From assembly GCA_965242865.1 (NCBI GenBank), contig CBDETK010000013.1, positions 2,368,001 through 2,432,000 on the forward strand: a stretch of DNA of 64,000 bases, read 5' to 3'. The DNA comes from Candidatus Latescibacterota bacterium (lineage in GTDB: Bacteria; Latescibacterota; UBA2968; UBA8231). Of the stretch, positions 19,166 through 28,992 are shown one piece after another. Position 1 is the stretch's first letter. Every line of letters begins with the position of its first letter. The position numbers and the translations under genes are program-made. The notes beneath the pieces were generated by a model, which saw only the letters and a program-made list of their open reading frames with translations, was not told the origin of the DNA and made no database searches.

Positions 19166-21859
19166 TCACAGCCGAGGGTCAACCGGCTCGCTTTCCAACG
19201 CCAAGACCCCAAAGACGCATTCGTGTACCCGGCGCAAGGGCTGCCCGGCGACAAACCGCTCCAAGCCCTCCACCCCCAGCGCAAATTCCCGCAGGGCCAG
19301 TGCCTGCTTGCCCTTGAGGTTGCGGTCGCGCAAAAGCTCTAGGTGCTCTGCGTACTCCGGGCCGTAGATCAGCCGCAGGTATTCGCGGCCCCGGCACTTG
19401 AGCGCTGGCTGGACGAGGCCGCGCCCGTCTGTGCAGACGAAGTCTAAGGGCTTGGAGACGAATCCCTCGCTGCCGCTTGCGGTCCGTTCCTCCCACCACC
19501 GGACTGCTTGGCCGGTGCTGTGCGTATCGTCTAAAACCACGCGCCGCCGATCTATCGCACTCAGCCAATCCGGCCCGGCCGCGCAGAGCTGGTCCAAAAT
19601 CTCCAAGTGCCACGCATGGGTCTGGCTGCTGTAGCCTTGCCCTTGGTTGTAGCCTTGCCCCTGGTTGTAGCCTTGCCCCTGGTTGTAGCCTTGCCCCTGG
19701 TTGTAGCCTTGCCCCTGGTTGTAGCCTTGCCCCTGGTTGTAGCCTTGCCCCTGGTTGTAGCCTTGCCCCTGGTTGTAGCCTTGCCCCTCTGTGGGCAAGT
19801 GGACTCGGCCTTCCGTAGCCAAGAGGTGAAAGGGAGCCAATTTGAGATCGTCGAGCGAGCGCACGGGCCAGCAATAGGGGCGATAGGCCGCGGCGTAGTG
19901 GGCCACGGATTCGGCCCGGCCGCGGCAACGGCTCAATAGATCGCCTACAGGTACGCCCCGTGCGGCCGCCTGCTCCAGCGCACTCGCGGCCGCCGCCAGT
20001 GCCATCCGCGCGGCCGCGCCCACGGCTGCGTACTGGCCTTTGAGTAGCGGCTCCGCCTTGGCCGACCAAGGCATGATCTCGGCGTCGAGTATGGCCCAAT
20101 CCGTCGCCAGCGTCCTCCACAGCTCGCTGCGCTCAAAGGCCCGGCGCACGCAATCCAAGAGCTTCGCTTCCAAATCTGCATCCGCAAAGAAGCGGCGGCC
20201 CGTGCGCGTGTAGCAGATGCCGGCACTACCGTCCTCTATGCCAAAGTGCCGTTGCGCGGCCGCCGGGTTGCGGCAGACGACCAGCACGGCCCGCGAACCC
20301 ATCTGCTTCTCCTCGCAGACGAGCTCGCGCACGCCGCGGCGGCGATAGTATGCGAAGACCTCGTCCGGGTGTTCGAGCAAGTCGGGGCGGGTGCTGGTTT
20401 GGGGCGGGGCCATCGTCGGCGGCAGATAGACCAACCACCGCGGATCAACGGCGAAGCGGCTCATCACCTCTAGGGCCGCAGCCGCCCGCTCCGCATGGAT
20501 GGCAATTCGACCCAGCAACCGCGTCTCCACGCGCCGCCCGCCGGCTACATCCGCTAAGTCGAGCACCTCGTCGCGCGTCTGTTGCACCGCCAAGGGGCGC
20601 ACCGGATCGGCGTATTGCGCCTCGGCCGGGACGGATACGAGTTCCAGCTCGGGATAGCGCAGGGCCGTTAGCTCGCCGCCAAAGACGCAGCCGGTGTCGA
20701 TGTTGATCGCGTTGTTGACCCACTCCGGTCGCGCCACCGGGGTGTGTCCATAGACGACGCGGGCGCGGCCCCGGTACTCGGCCGCCCAATCGCGGCGCAC
20801 CGGCAGGCCAAATTCGTCCTTCTCGCCGGTCGCGTCCCCGTACAGGGCAAACGTCCGCACGGCCCCCGAGGCGCGACCAGCCATTTCCTCCTTCATGCCG
20901 GCGTGCGCCACCACCAGCGCACCTTGATCGAGGACGTAGTGGCTGACTAGGCCGCCGAGAAAGGTCTCGACCTTTTTCTTGAACTCGGTCGTCTCGCCGG
21001 CGAGTTGGGCCAGCGTCTCTTTGAGGCCATGGGTGCGTTGGACCTTTCTGCCCTGTAAGGCCCGGACCAACCGCGCATCGTGGTTGCCCGGTACGCACAG
21101 GGCAGCCCCCGACTCCACCAAGCGCATAACCAGCGCGAGGACGCCGGGGGCATTGGGGCCGCGGTCCACCAAATCGCCGACAAAGACGGCCTTGCGCCCC
21201 GGCGGCGGCTCCACCTTTTCCCCGGCGATGCAATACCCCAGCCGGGCGAGCAGGGCCTTGAGTTCGGCGCAACACCCGTGTACATCGCCGATGATGTCAA
21301 ACGGGCCGCGCTCCTCGCGGCGGTCGGGCCACAGCTTTTCCCGCACCACTTCGACCCGCGCCACATCTGTGGGCGAGCGCAGGGCAAAGGAGCGGCGAAA
21401 GCCCTCGCGCTTGAGGCCCTTGAGGCCGCGGCGCAACTGGCGGTGTTGTCGCGGGATCACGTGGGAGGGCAAGTCGCGGTCGGTGCGCTCGGCCGCGCGC
21501 TCCTCGCAGAGCGCACGAGGCAGGTCAAAGACGATGGCCACCGGCTGGGCGTGATAGCGCTTGGCCAGTTCTACCAGCGGCTTGCGCGCTTCGGGCAGGA
21601 CGTTGGTCGCATCGACCACGGTCAAAAGGCCCCGCGCCAAGCGGCGAGCGGCGACAAAGTGCAGGGAGGCAAACGCATCGCCTGTGGCCTCTTGGCTGTT
21701 TTCGTCGTCGGCGACCAAGCCGCGAAAAAAGTCTGCGGAAAGCACCTGAGTCGGGAGGAAGTGCGTGCGAGCAAAAGTCGATTTGCCCGCGCTAGAGACG
21801 CCGATTAGCACCACCAGCGAGAGGTCGGGGATTGAGAGGCGGATTTTCTCGTCAGCCAC
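19166..21859 (-). CDS. pnkp: Polynucleotide kinase-phosphatase-ligase (bacterial Pnkp)
   Basis: P-loop GVSSAGKST; metallophosphoesterase GDVHG/GDLVDRG/GNHD; ligase EEKQMGSR; C-terminus ESEPVDPRL. Confidence 0.95.
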   Translation of the reverse strand: MADEKIRLSIPDLSLVVLIGVSSAGKSTFARTHFLPTQVLSADFFRGLVADDENSQEATGDAFASLHFVAARRLARGLLTVVDATNVLPEARKPLVELAKRYHAQPVAIVFDLPRALCEERAAERTDRDLPSHVIPRQHRQLRRGLKGLKREGFRRSFALRSPTDVARVEVVREKLWPDRREERGPFDIIGDVHGCCAELKALLARLGYCIAGEKVEPPPGRKAVFVGDLVDRGPNAPGVLALVMRLVESGAALCVPGNHDARLVRALQGRKVQRTHGLKETLAQLAGETTEFKKKVETFLGGLVSHYVLDQGALVVAHAGMKEEMAGRASGAVRTFALYGDATGEKDEFGLPVRRDWAAEYRGRARVVYGHTPVARPEWVNNAINIDTGCVFGGELTALRYPELELVSVPAEAQYADPVRPLAVQQTRDEVLDLADVAGGRRVETRLLGRIAIHAERAAAALEVMSRFAVDPRWLVYLPPTMAPPQTSTRPDLLEHPDEVFAYYRRRGVRELVCEEKQMGSRAVLVVCRNPAAAQRHFGIEDGSAGICYTRTGRRFFADADLEAKLLDCVRRAFERSELWRTLATDWAILDAEIMPWSAKAEPLLKGQYAAVGAAARMALAAAASALEQAAARGVPVGDLLSRCRGRAESVAHYAAAYRPYCWPVRSLDDLKLAPFHLLATEGRVHLPTEGQGYNQGQGYNQGQGYNQGQGYNQGQGYNQGQGYNQGQGYNQGQGYNQGQGYSSQTHAWHLEILDQLCAAGPDWLSAIDRRRVVLDDTHSTGQAVRWWEERTASGSEGFVSKPLDFVCTDGRGLVQPALKCRGREYLRLIYGPEYAEHLELLRDRNLKGKQALALREFALGVEGLERFVAGQPLRRVHECVFGVLALESEPVDPRL
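19631..19788. repeat. 18-bp tandem repeat, 8 full copies plus a partial, in frame within pnkp
   Basis: GTAGCCTTGCCCCTGGTT units; encode (QGYNQG)8. Confidence 0.95.
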
Positions 21860-23231
21860 CGCGGGCCTCCGCAGAGAAAATCGCCAGCTGCGTTGGCGTG
21901 CCTAGCGCGGGGTGCGCTGGGCCAACGGGCGCGAAGCGCACGGCATATCCATAGCGTTTTCCCACCTGCTTTGTCCACGCTTCCAGTTCCGCCCGCCGCC
22001 ACTCAAAGCGGTGGTCGGGATGGCGAAATGCACCGGCCGGCAGCGCACCCCAACGGGCATTGTATTCGGCGTTGGGGGTGGTTATCACGACCGTACCCGG
22101 GCGGGCGAACTCGAACACGGCCCGCTCGCAGGCCCGCAACTGGGGCGGATCCAAATGCTCGACGACCTCCACCAGCACTGCGGCGTCGTACCCGCTCAAC
22201 CGGGCGTCGCGATAGGCCAGCGACCCTTGAAAAACCGCGACCTGTTCGCCGCGTGGCAGCCTTGTGAGCCGCTGACGAGCCCGCGACAGGGCTTGCGGCG
22301 ATACATCCATGCCCACCACTTCGGCGAACTGCGCTTCCGCCGCCAACCGCGCCAGCAGCTGCCCCTCTCCGCAGCCGAGGTCCAGCACCCGCCGGGCCCC
22401 GCTCGCCTTGAGCACCTCAACCACGGCGGCCAGCCGCTGCTGGTTCAAGCTCAACTGCTCTTCGAGTGCCTCTTCGCCCGCGTGGTTTTCGGCCTCCCCG
22501 CCTTCCTCGGCCAAAAGCCGCGACAGCGCAGCTTGCTTGAGACCGCGCTGGTGCTTTAGGTAGCGCTCGACAACGACCTCGCGCAGGGGGTGGTCGGCCA
22601 GCCACGGCTCGCCTCGCCGCATCAACTTGTCGATCTCTTCCTCGCCCACGTAGTAGTGCTTCCCGTCGTCGAGCACCGGTATTAGCACGTACAGATGCGC
22701 CAGCACTTCTTTTAGTGGCCGCACACCCTGGAGCGCGACCTCGTAATAGGGACTTTTGCCCCATTCTAAAAAATGCTCGTCGAGCAAGGAGCCGCTAGCC
22801 TCCACCGCATATCCCAACGGCTCAAAGAGGCCGTGCAACAAGCCTTCGCCGCCCCGGCAGGGCAGGGCACTCACGCTCACTTGCAGCGGCAGGGCCGTTT
22901 CTACGAGCTCGGCTCGTTCTCGGCACTGTCCATTCAGGGCCGAGGTAAACACTCGGGCCATGGCTACGCTGATGAAAGAGGAGGCCGCGTACGGACGGTC
23001 GTTGACATAAGACGCCAGCGCAAAGTCCGAGGAGGCCGAGTGCCGCTTGAGCGCGGTTGGCTCTACATCGAGGAGCAACGCGGCCGTGCAGCGCTCAGCC
23101 GAGGCTTCGGGATAGAAGACGTGCGCTGTCCCAAAGGGCAGGTCAAAGGCTTGGGCGCGGCTTGGGTGCTTGTGCAGGAGGTAGCCCAAGTTCGTAGCGG
23201 GTTGATGCGTGGTCGAAATCGTCAGGAGCAT
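21852..23231 (-). CDS. hen1: 3'-terminal RNA ribose 2'-O-methyltransferase Hen1
   Basis: MLLTISTTHQPATNLGYLLHKHP; YVNDRPY; VLDLGCGEG; EVVEH; FRHPDHRFEW; overlaps pnkp start. Confidence 0.95.
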   Translation of the reverse strand: MLLTISTTHQPATNLGYLLHKHPSRAQAFDLPFGTAHVFYPEASAERCTAALLLDVEPTALKRHSASSDFALASYVNDRPYAASSFISVAMARVFTSALNGQCRERAELVETALPLQVSVSALPCRGGEGLLHGLFEPLGYAVEASGSLLDEHFLEWGKSPYYEVALQGVRPLKEVLAHLYVLIPVLDDGKHYYVGEEEIDKLMRRGEPWLADHPLREVVVERYLKHQRGLKQAALSRLLAEEGGEAENHAGEEALEEQLSLNQQRLAAVVEVLKASGARRVLDLGCGEGQLLARLAAEAQFAEVVGMDVSPQALSRARQRLTRLPRGEQVAVFQGSLAYRDARLSGYDAAVLVEVVEHLDPPQLRACERAVFEFARPGTVVITTPNAEYNARWGALPAGAFRHPDHRFEWRRAELEAWTKQVGKRYGYAVRFAPVGPAHPALGTPTQLAIFSAEARGG

Positions 23232-23328
23232 GGGCTTGTAGAAACGAGCCGTAAGGAGATCGTGTCAACCTCGGAGTTGGGCAGTTCCGCTATTTCGCCG
23301 ACAAGTTGGGGGCAACTTCCTGCAGCCC

Positions 23329-23381
23329 CATTCCCGCGAAAGAACGTCACCCCGTGCCCCGAAACGGGGCGGGAATCCAGC
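23329..23381. repeat. Nested REP-like palindrome, copy 2
   Basis: ATTCCCGC..GCGGGAAT outer stem enclosing CCCCGT..ACGGGG. Confidence 0.75.
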
Positions 23382-23580
23382 CTCGCGTCCGCTGAGGGCT
23401 TAGACGAGTTCCGTCAAGTCGCTCTGCCGAACCACCGAAGATTGCTCTAGTCGCTTTCAGGTATTTACATTCAAAAGGCTCGATAGCAAATCGACGCCAG
23501 CACGAAAGCCTGCCAAGCACCATAGCATAACTATAACTCGGTTGGCCTCCTTTGGGGCAATTTAATTGTTAGATAATTAT

Positions 23581-23619
23581 CGTAACTCATTGAAAAACAA
23601 TAATTTATCCCCCCCCCCC
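23581..23619 (+). promoter_or_regulatory. TAA-N4-TTG-N5-CAA-N4-TTA palindrome plus C11 tract
   Basis: CGTAACTCATTGAAAAACAATAATTTAT followed by 11 C (23609-23619). Confidence 0.6.
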
Positions 23620-23666
23620 GAAAATTCGGTCCTGGGTTTCGGAATCGTCTGCCCCAACTGCTATTT

Positions 23667-25073
23667 GTGGTGGCCCTTGCGCTGGCGGCCTACGCCTACG
23701 GCTGGCTTAGTCTCCGCTACGAGTTATTCCCCTACCCGGTCATCTCTGATGGCATAAAGACCTTGCGGACGTTGCACGGTGTAAATAAAAACAAAGAAAA
23801 GGAAGTCGGCGCATTCAGGCACTTCTCCGACGCTGTGTCACCGGAACGTGCGACCGCCAACCGCTTCCAGTTCGTGGCCGGCGATTCCCTCAGCGGTCCG
23901 GTGCTGTGGCAGGGCGGACGCTACCAGTTCCTCGAGTATTGCCCCGACGAGGGATGCTTAGCAGTAGAGTACACCGCCACCGGCGGAGTCGCCCATGCCT
24001 ACCCACTCCGCCCCAATGAACTCGAACAGGCCGCCGCCGCGGCCCACTCCGACGAATTCCCCTACGAGCTATCCCCCGCCACCTCTTTCGCTAGAGATAC
24101 TCATGTATTCGGCATATCACGATACGCGAATGGCGACCTGCTGGTGGTTTTTCACAATAAAAATACTGCTTTCCCCTCTGGCGCGGGCGTTGCGCGGATC
24201 GACCGCGACGGGCATCCGGTCTGGTTCCGGCGCGACTACAGCCATCACTGGCCGCATATCGAGGCCGACGGCGTCGCGCTGGTGCCCGGCCTGCTGATTG
24301 GCAGCGAGGACATATCCTTTAAGGGAGGCCCAAGATTACGATGGACCCGCACACTTAGGTGTACCGGGAACCGGCCGCATCTCGACACCATAGGCGTGAT
24401 CGACGGGAATGGACGGCTCCTAAAGCGTATCAACTTGATCGACGCTTTGCGCGATTCTCCATTCGCGTACCTCATGCAATCCACCTCGAAGCCCGGAGGG
24501 GCTGGATCGCCGTGCGATCCCCTTCACCTCAACTTCGTTTACCGGCTTGGGGCCGACGCTGGCGGTACGTGGGGCCTCGCGCCGGGCGACCTCGTGGCGT
24601 CCCTACGCAATCTAAGCGCATTTGCCATCCTCGATGGCGAATCGGGGCGCGTCAAGCGGCTGGTCCGCGGGAGTTTCTTCTACCAACACAGCGTCCAGCA
24701 CCTAACGGGCGCGACCTTTCTGATGTTCGACAATTTCGGCCACGATGGGACTCACGGCCCCTCGCGGCTGCTCATGATCGACCTCGCCGATGGCCGGGAG
24801 ACGACCATCTTTCCCAACGACCAGACGCCCGAACCCCTGCAAAACCTGTTCTCCGACGCCCAAGGCGTAATCGACATCTCACCTGACCGCCGGCGGGCGA
24901 TGGTCTCATTCACTGAGCCGGGCATGGGCGTAGAGGTGCGTCTTGCCGATGGCGCGGTGCTGAACGTCTTCCATTCCCTGCACGATGTGTCGAACTTGGA
25001 GCAGTTCCCCGAAAAACGGAAGCAACGAGCCACCAGATTCAGAATGAGAGGACTTTACTACATCCGCAATTGA
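23667..25073 (+). CDS. Arylsulfotransferase-like (ASST family) exported protein; 5' end possibly frameshifted at poly-C
   Basis: 'YSHHW', 'DPLHLN', 'ASLRNLS', 'QH', 'FDN'; N-terminal TM segment continues in frame back to the C11 tract. Confidence 0.75.
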   Translation: MVALALAAYAYGWLSLRYELFPYPVISDGIKTLRTLHGVNKNKEKEVGAFRHFSDAVSPERATANRFQFVAGDSLSGPVLWQGGRYQFLEYCPDEGCLAVEYTATGGVAHAYPLRPNELEQAAAAAHSDEFPYELSPATSFARDTHVFGISRYANGDLLVVFHNKNTAFPSGAGVARIDRDGHPVWFRRDYSHHWPHIEADGVALVPGLLIGSEDISFKGGPRLRWTRTLRCTGNRPHLDTIGVIDGNGRLLKRINLIDALRDSPFAYLMQSTSKPGGAGSPCDPLHLNFVYRLGADAGGTWGLAPGDLVASLRNLSAFAILDGESGRVKRLVRGSFFYQHSVQHLTGATFLMFDNFGHDGTHGPSRLLMIDLADGRETTIFPNDQTPEPLQNLFSDAQGVIDISPDRRRAMVSFTEPGMGVEVRLADGAVLNVFHSLHDVSNLEQFPEKRKQRATRFRMRGLYYIRN

Positions 25074-25087
25074 GGAGGAGCGAGTCA

Positions 25088-25279
25088 ATGAACGAGGAAG
25101 GCATCGTCATGGCATACATTGGCCCCGGAGCGGGCTTGGCGTCCATCGGGGCCTTGCTGACCCTGCTAGGGGCGGTAGGGCTGATGGCGTTGGGGTTTAT
25201 ATGGTATCCAGTCAAGCGCGTAATTCAGAAGTGGAGGGAGAGGCGGGCCGAGAAAAAGTCCGTAGAGCCTACCAAGTAG
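25088..25279 (+). CDS. Small single-TM protein
   Basis: RBS GAGGAG; 'AYIGPGAG' + TM + 'WYPVKR' basic tail. Confidence 0.7.
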   Translation: MNEEGIVMAYIGPGAGLASIGALLTLLGAVGLMALGFIWYPVKRVIQKWRERRAEKKSVEPTK

Positions 25280-25347
25280 GGCCGGTGCCGGGCGAGCTCC
25301 ACCTGCACCGCAGTCCAAGCACCTAATCCCACGACCGCTGCCAATCG

Positions 25348-26811
25348 CTAAATGTCGTCAAAGGGATAGAGTTTGCGACCCAGTCGCTTAAAGGCCAGCT
25401 TGCCCTCGGCCGGCGCGTGGACCGACGGTTCGGAAATTACCTGAATCTGGCCAGCCCACGGCTCAAAACCAGCGCGAAAGTGGGCCGCAGACTTGACGCC
25501 GACATAGCGCATCTGCTTCGGATCCAAACCCAAGGTGCGAGAAAACGCCGTGCAAAACGGTTGCTCGCGCTTGTTCACCAACAGCACGTGTACCCCGCCC
25601 GTGCGGATGTGGGCCGAGCGGCCCATGTTGCCGTCTAGGCCGGCGTACATCGGCCCGTCGTAGCGAAAGGGGCCGTCGGTCAAGGCCACCACCTCGGCCC
25701 GCATGGCGCAAGGCTCGCCCTGCAATGGGGACGACTTGCCGCCCACCGCTAAATTGAGCACCGCACCAACACCGGCCTGATGGCAAGCGGTCACCGCTTG
25801 GGGATCGACCATGTACAGGACGCAGGCGTCTTGCAGGTCAGCCGCCAAAAAAGCCCGCAACAGCCCCGTGCTGTCGCCGGGCGAGCCGCCGCCGGTATTG
25901 TCGTTGCGGTCGGCCAAAACCACGGGGTAACGACCCGTCCTTTCGGCGGCTTGCAGGGCTTCTGCGGTAGAGGGCATGGCCGCCTGCCAAGCGGCCCGGT
26001 GCTCCCAAATCCAAGCGGCCAGTTCGTCAGCGCACGATTGGGCTAGGCCGGGGTCGTCGTCCGTGGCCACGTACACTGAGGCCCCCATATCGGGAATGTC
26101 GGCCAATGGGAAGCAAGTGGCGATGGAGCCACAGACGACCCCGGGACGCGCCTCAATCCGGTGCAGGTATTCGATGGCTTGGCGCATGGGCGGATGGGCC
26201 GTCACTTGGTTCATGCCCCAGACTAGGGGCAGTTGGTGCAAGGCCAGGGTCGGCCGCAGACCTTCCCGCACCGTGCGTACTAACACATCGGCGCACTCGC
26301 GGCCTCTGGCGGCCATATCGACCTCTGGATAGGTCTCCCGCCCAATCAGCACATCAGCCGCTTCGATCATGCCTTGCGAGACATTGGAGTGGATGTCCAG
26401 TTGCCCGACGATGGGCACATCCGGGCCGACCAACTGGCGCACGGCCGCTAGGATATGCCCGTCGGCGTCGTCAAGGCCCTCGGCCACCATGGCCCCGTGC
26501 AATTCCAGTAACACCCCGTCAATGGCACCCGCCGCCTCAATGCCGTTGAGCAGCTCGCCTACGAGCCCGTTGAAAATGGGGCGAGGCGTCGGGGCACTGG
26601 GGTAGGCTTCGGCCAAAATCGTCGGCACCACGGCAAAGCCGTGCGCCTCGGCCCCTTCGATAAAGCCGCCGATGGGTGTATTGGCCCCGGTAAAGCGCTC
26701 GACAATTTCCGCTCCGTGGAGATAGCTGCGCTCCCGGAAACTGTCCAACGTGGTGGCTACGTTGGTGAAGGTACTGCTCTCGTGGGCAATGCCGCCGATC
26801 GCTACGCGCAT
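25348..26811 (-). CDS. M81 family metallopeptidase (MlrC-like)
   Basis: 'HESSTF', 'LHGAMV', 'DIHSN', 'TYPEVD', 'DNTGGG', 'VKSAAHFRAGF'. Confidence 0.9.
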   Translation of the reverse strand: MRVAIGGIAHESSTFTNVATTLDSFRERSYLHGAEIVERFTGANTPIGGFIEGAEAHGFAVVPTILAEAYPSAPTPRPIFNGLVGELLNGIEAAGAIDGVLLELHGAMVAEGLDDADGHILAAVRQLVGPDVPIVGQLDIHSNVSQGMIEAADVLIGRETYPEVDMAARGRECADVLVRTVREGLRPTLALHQLPLVWGMNQVTAHPPMRQAIEYLHRIEARPGVVCGSIATCFPLADIPDMGASVYVATDDDPGLAQSCADELAAWIWEHRAAWQAAMPSTAEALQAAERTGRYPVVLADRNDNTGGGSPGDSTGLLRAFLAADLQDACVLYMVDPQAVTACHQAGVGAVLNLAVGGKSSPLQGEPCAMRAEVVALTDGPFRYDGPMYAGLDGNMGRSAHIRTGGVHVLLVNKREQPFCTAFSRTLGLDPKQMRYVGVKSAAHFRAGFEPWAGQIQVISEPSVHAPAEGKLAFKRLGRKLYPFDDI

Positions 26812-27011
26812 CTGCTGCTCCTTTCTTGGGTCATCTCGGCTCCAAAAGCCGCTGTGTAGCCGTATAGTAGGTCGAATTCTGCATGGGCACAAACAGGGGG
26901 GCCGATCCGCTTTAATGGACATTTTCAAGTCGAGGATTTACCTTCTAGGGTGATTCGTTCCCAACCCTATCAAAGGTAGGAAAAATGTCCCAGCCCCTAA
27001 GGAGGCCTCCC

Positions 27012-27899
27012 ATGATCCAGCTACCCAAGTCCATCCTCGGCATCATTGCCGTCGTCTTCGTCCTATTCCTCGTCAGCCCGCGCTTCTACCAAAGCGTCCC
27101 GGCTGGTCACGTGGGCGTCGCGACCCTCTTCGGCGAAGTCCAGTCCGAGTCTTTCACTGAGGGCTTGCACATCCCGGTCAACCCCCTCTACGAGTGGCAC
27201 CTCTTTGACGTGCGCCAAAAGACCCATTCCGAAACCTCCAACGTCCCCAGCCAAGACCAGCTGCAGACGAAGATCGACGTCAGCGTCCAGTACCGGCTCG
27301 TGTCTGACGACGCGCCGCGCATCTTGCAGGAGACGGGCGGTATTGAAAATGTCCGCGCCGTTCAGATCGTGCCCAAGCTGCGCTCCCTAATCCGCGAGCA
27401 AGGCAAGACCATCAAGCGCGCCGAGGACTTCTTTTTGGAAGCGACCCAGACCACTTTGCAGACGGCCCTGCTCGAAGGGCTGAAGGATTACCTCCAGCCC
27501 AAAGGAGTCGCTGTAGAGGCCGTGTTGATCCGCGACATCTCGCTGCCGCCCTTTATCACCAAGGCCATTGAGGCCAAAAAGGAGCGCGAGCAGGAAGTCG
27601 AAAAGCAAAAGGCCGAGCTGGAGCGCTTTACCACCGAGCAAAAGCAGAAGGTCGCCTTGGCCCGAGCCGAAAAGGACGCGGCCGAAGCCGAAGCCGAAAA
27701 GCGCCGCCTGCTCGCCGACGCCCAAGCCTACGAAATCACCAAGATCAACGAGGCCATCGGCCGCAATCCCAACTACGTCAAGCTCCAAGCGCTCAAGTCC
27801 CTCGAAGCCATCTCTAAAGACCCGGCCGCCAAGGTCTATTTTATCGATGGCACCAGCCCGGCACCGCTGCCGCTGATGCACCTAGGCGACGCCAAATAG
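27012..27899 (+). CDS. SPFH/prohibitin family membrane protein
   Basis: N-terminal TM; 'VPAGHVGV..FGEV..EGLH'; 'AIEAKK' coiled coil. Confidence 0.9.
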   Translation: MIQLPKSILGIIAVVFVLFLVSPRFYQSVPAGHVGVATLFGEVQSESFTEGLHIPVNPLYEWHLFDVRQKTHSETSNVPSQDQLQTKIDVSVQYRLVSDDAPRILQETGGIENVRAVQIVPKLRSLIREQGKTIKRAEDFFLEATQTTLQTALLEGLKDYLQPKGVAVEAVLIRDISLPPFITKAIEAKKEREQEVEKQKAELERFTTEQKQKVALARAEKDAAEAEAEKRRLLADAQAYEITKINEAIGRNPNYVKLQALKSLEAISKDPAAKVYFIDGTSPAPLPLMHLGDAK

Positions 27900-27901
27900 C
27901 C

Positions 27902-28990
27902 ATGCCGGCCAAATACCGCGTTGGCGTCATCGCCTCGGGCCGCATTGCCCGCGAGCACGGCCGCGGTTGGGCCGAGTGCGAGCACACCGAAATCGTCGCC
28001 TGTGCCGACTCCCACCCCGAAGCGTTGGCCAGCTACGCCGCGGATTTCGACGTCGCAAAGCAATACCTCAACTACCGAGAGATGCTCGACGTGGAAACCC
28101 TCGACATCGTCAGCGTCTGCTCTTGGGACCCTCAGCACGCGGAAATGTCCATTGCCGCCTGCTCCCGCCGGCCCCGAGCCGTGCTCTGCGAAAAGCCCAT
28201 GGCCGTCTCCTTGGGCGAAGCCGAGGCCATGGTCATCGCCGCCGAGCGCAACGACGTCAAGCTGGCCATCGGCCACCAGCGCCGCTTTTACTCTTCGTGG
28301 CGCGAGGCGCGGCGGATGATCGCCGACGGAGCCATCGGCAAACCGCAGCGGCTGTGGTCAGCGGTCAAAGCCGGAATGATGAACACCGGCACCCACTGCA
28401 TCGACTTCCAGCTCTACGCCCTCGGCGACCCGCAGGCCGAGTGGGTCATGGGCGCGGTAGAGCGGCACACGGACCACTTCGTCTTCGGGCACCGGGTCGA
28501 AGACCGCTGCGTGGGAATCATCGGCTACCCCGAAGGGGTCGAGGGCGTGATCGAAAACGAGATGAACGACATTTATCAGGTGGGGGCTACCATCTACGGC
28601 GAGGACGGCACCATGGTCGTCAGCGACAACAGCCTGCGCTATATGACGGCCCGTTCCGGCGACTGGCAGGACTTCGCGCCCACCGATGAGGCCAGCGGCT
28701 ACGGCAACGCCTTCGTCAATCAGGCTTATGGAATCTGCCGCTGGATCGAGGGCACCTTCGACGATTACTATGGCAAGGCCGAGCACGGCAAAGCCGCCAC
28801 CGAGATCATGATGGGCGTCTATGAGTCGGCTCGGCTACACGAGCGCGTGGCTCTGCCGCTGCAAACCCGAGACAACCCGCTCGACGTCGCCGTCGAGGAG
28901 GGCCGGATGCCCGTCACCCGACCCGGCCCTTGGGACGAGCGTTCCTTTCTGGTGCGCGGCGAGGGCATGAGCTGGGTCAGAGACCAATAG
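27902..28990 (+). CDS. Gfo/Idh/MocA family oxidoreductase
   Basis: 'CEKPMA', 'GHQRRF', 'GTHCID'. Confidence 0.9.
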   Translation: MPAKYRVGVIASGRIAREHGRGWAECEHTEIVACADSHPEALASYAADFDVAKQYLNYREMLDVETLDIVSVCSWDPQHAEMSIAACSRRPRAVLCEKPMAVSLGEAEAMVIAAERNDVKLAIGHQRRFYSSWREARRMIADGAIGKPQRLWSAVKAGMMNTGTHCIDFQLYALGDPQAEWVMGAVERHTDHFVFGHRVEDRCVGIIGYPEGVEGVIENEMNDIYQVGATIYGEDGTMVVSDNSLRYMTARSGDWQDFAPTDEASGYGNAFVNQAYGICRWIEGTFDDYYGKAEHGKAATEIMMGVYESARLHERVALPLQTRDNPLDVAVEEGRMPVTRPGPWDERSFLVRGEGMSWVRDQ

Positions 28991-28992
28991 TC

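Noticed and set aside
19631-19788. Possible CRISPR array
   Set aside because: Head-to-tail 18-bp units with no spacers, in frame within pnkp; no cas genes.
19179-20120. Alternative-frame repeat proteins (ARLQPG, VALPLV, CSLAPG)
   Set aside because: Other readings of the same 18-bp array; no independent coding evidence.
18814-23619. Palindrome/poly-C modules as terminal inverted repeats of a hen1-pnkp mobile element
   Set aside because: Only the pattern is shared, spacer bases differ, and no target duplication or transposase was seen.
25348-26811. Microcystin degradation cluster
   Set aside because: M81 peptidases are widespread and no mlrA/B/D neighbours are present.
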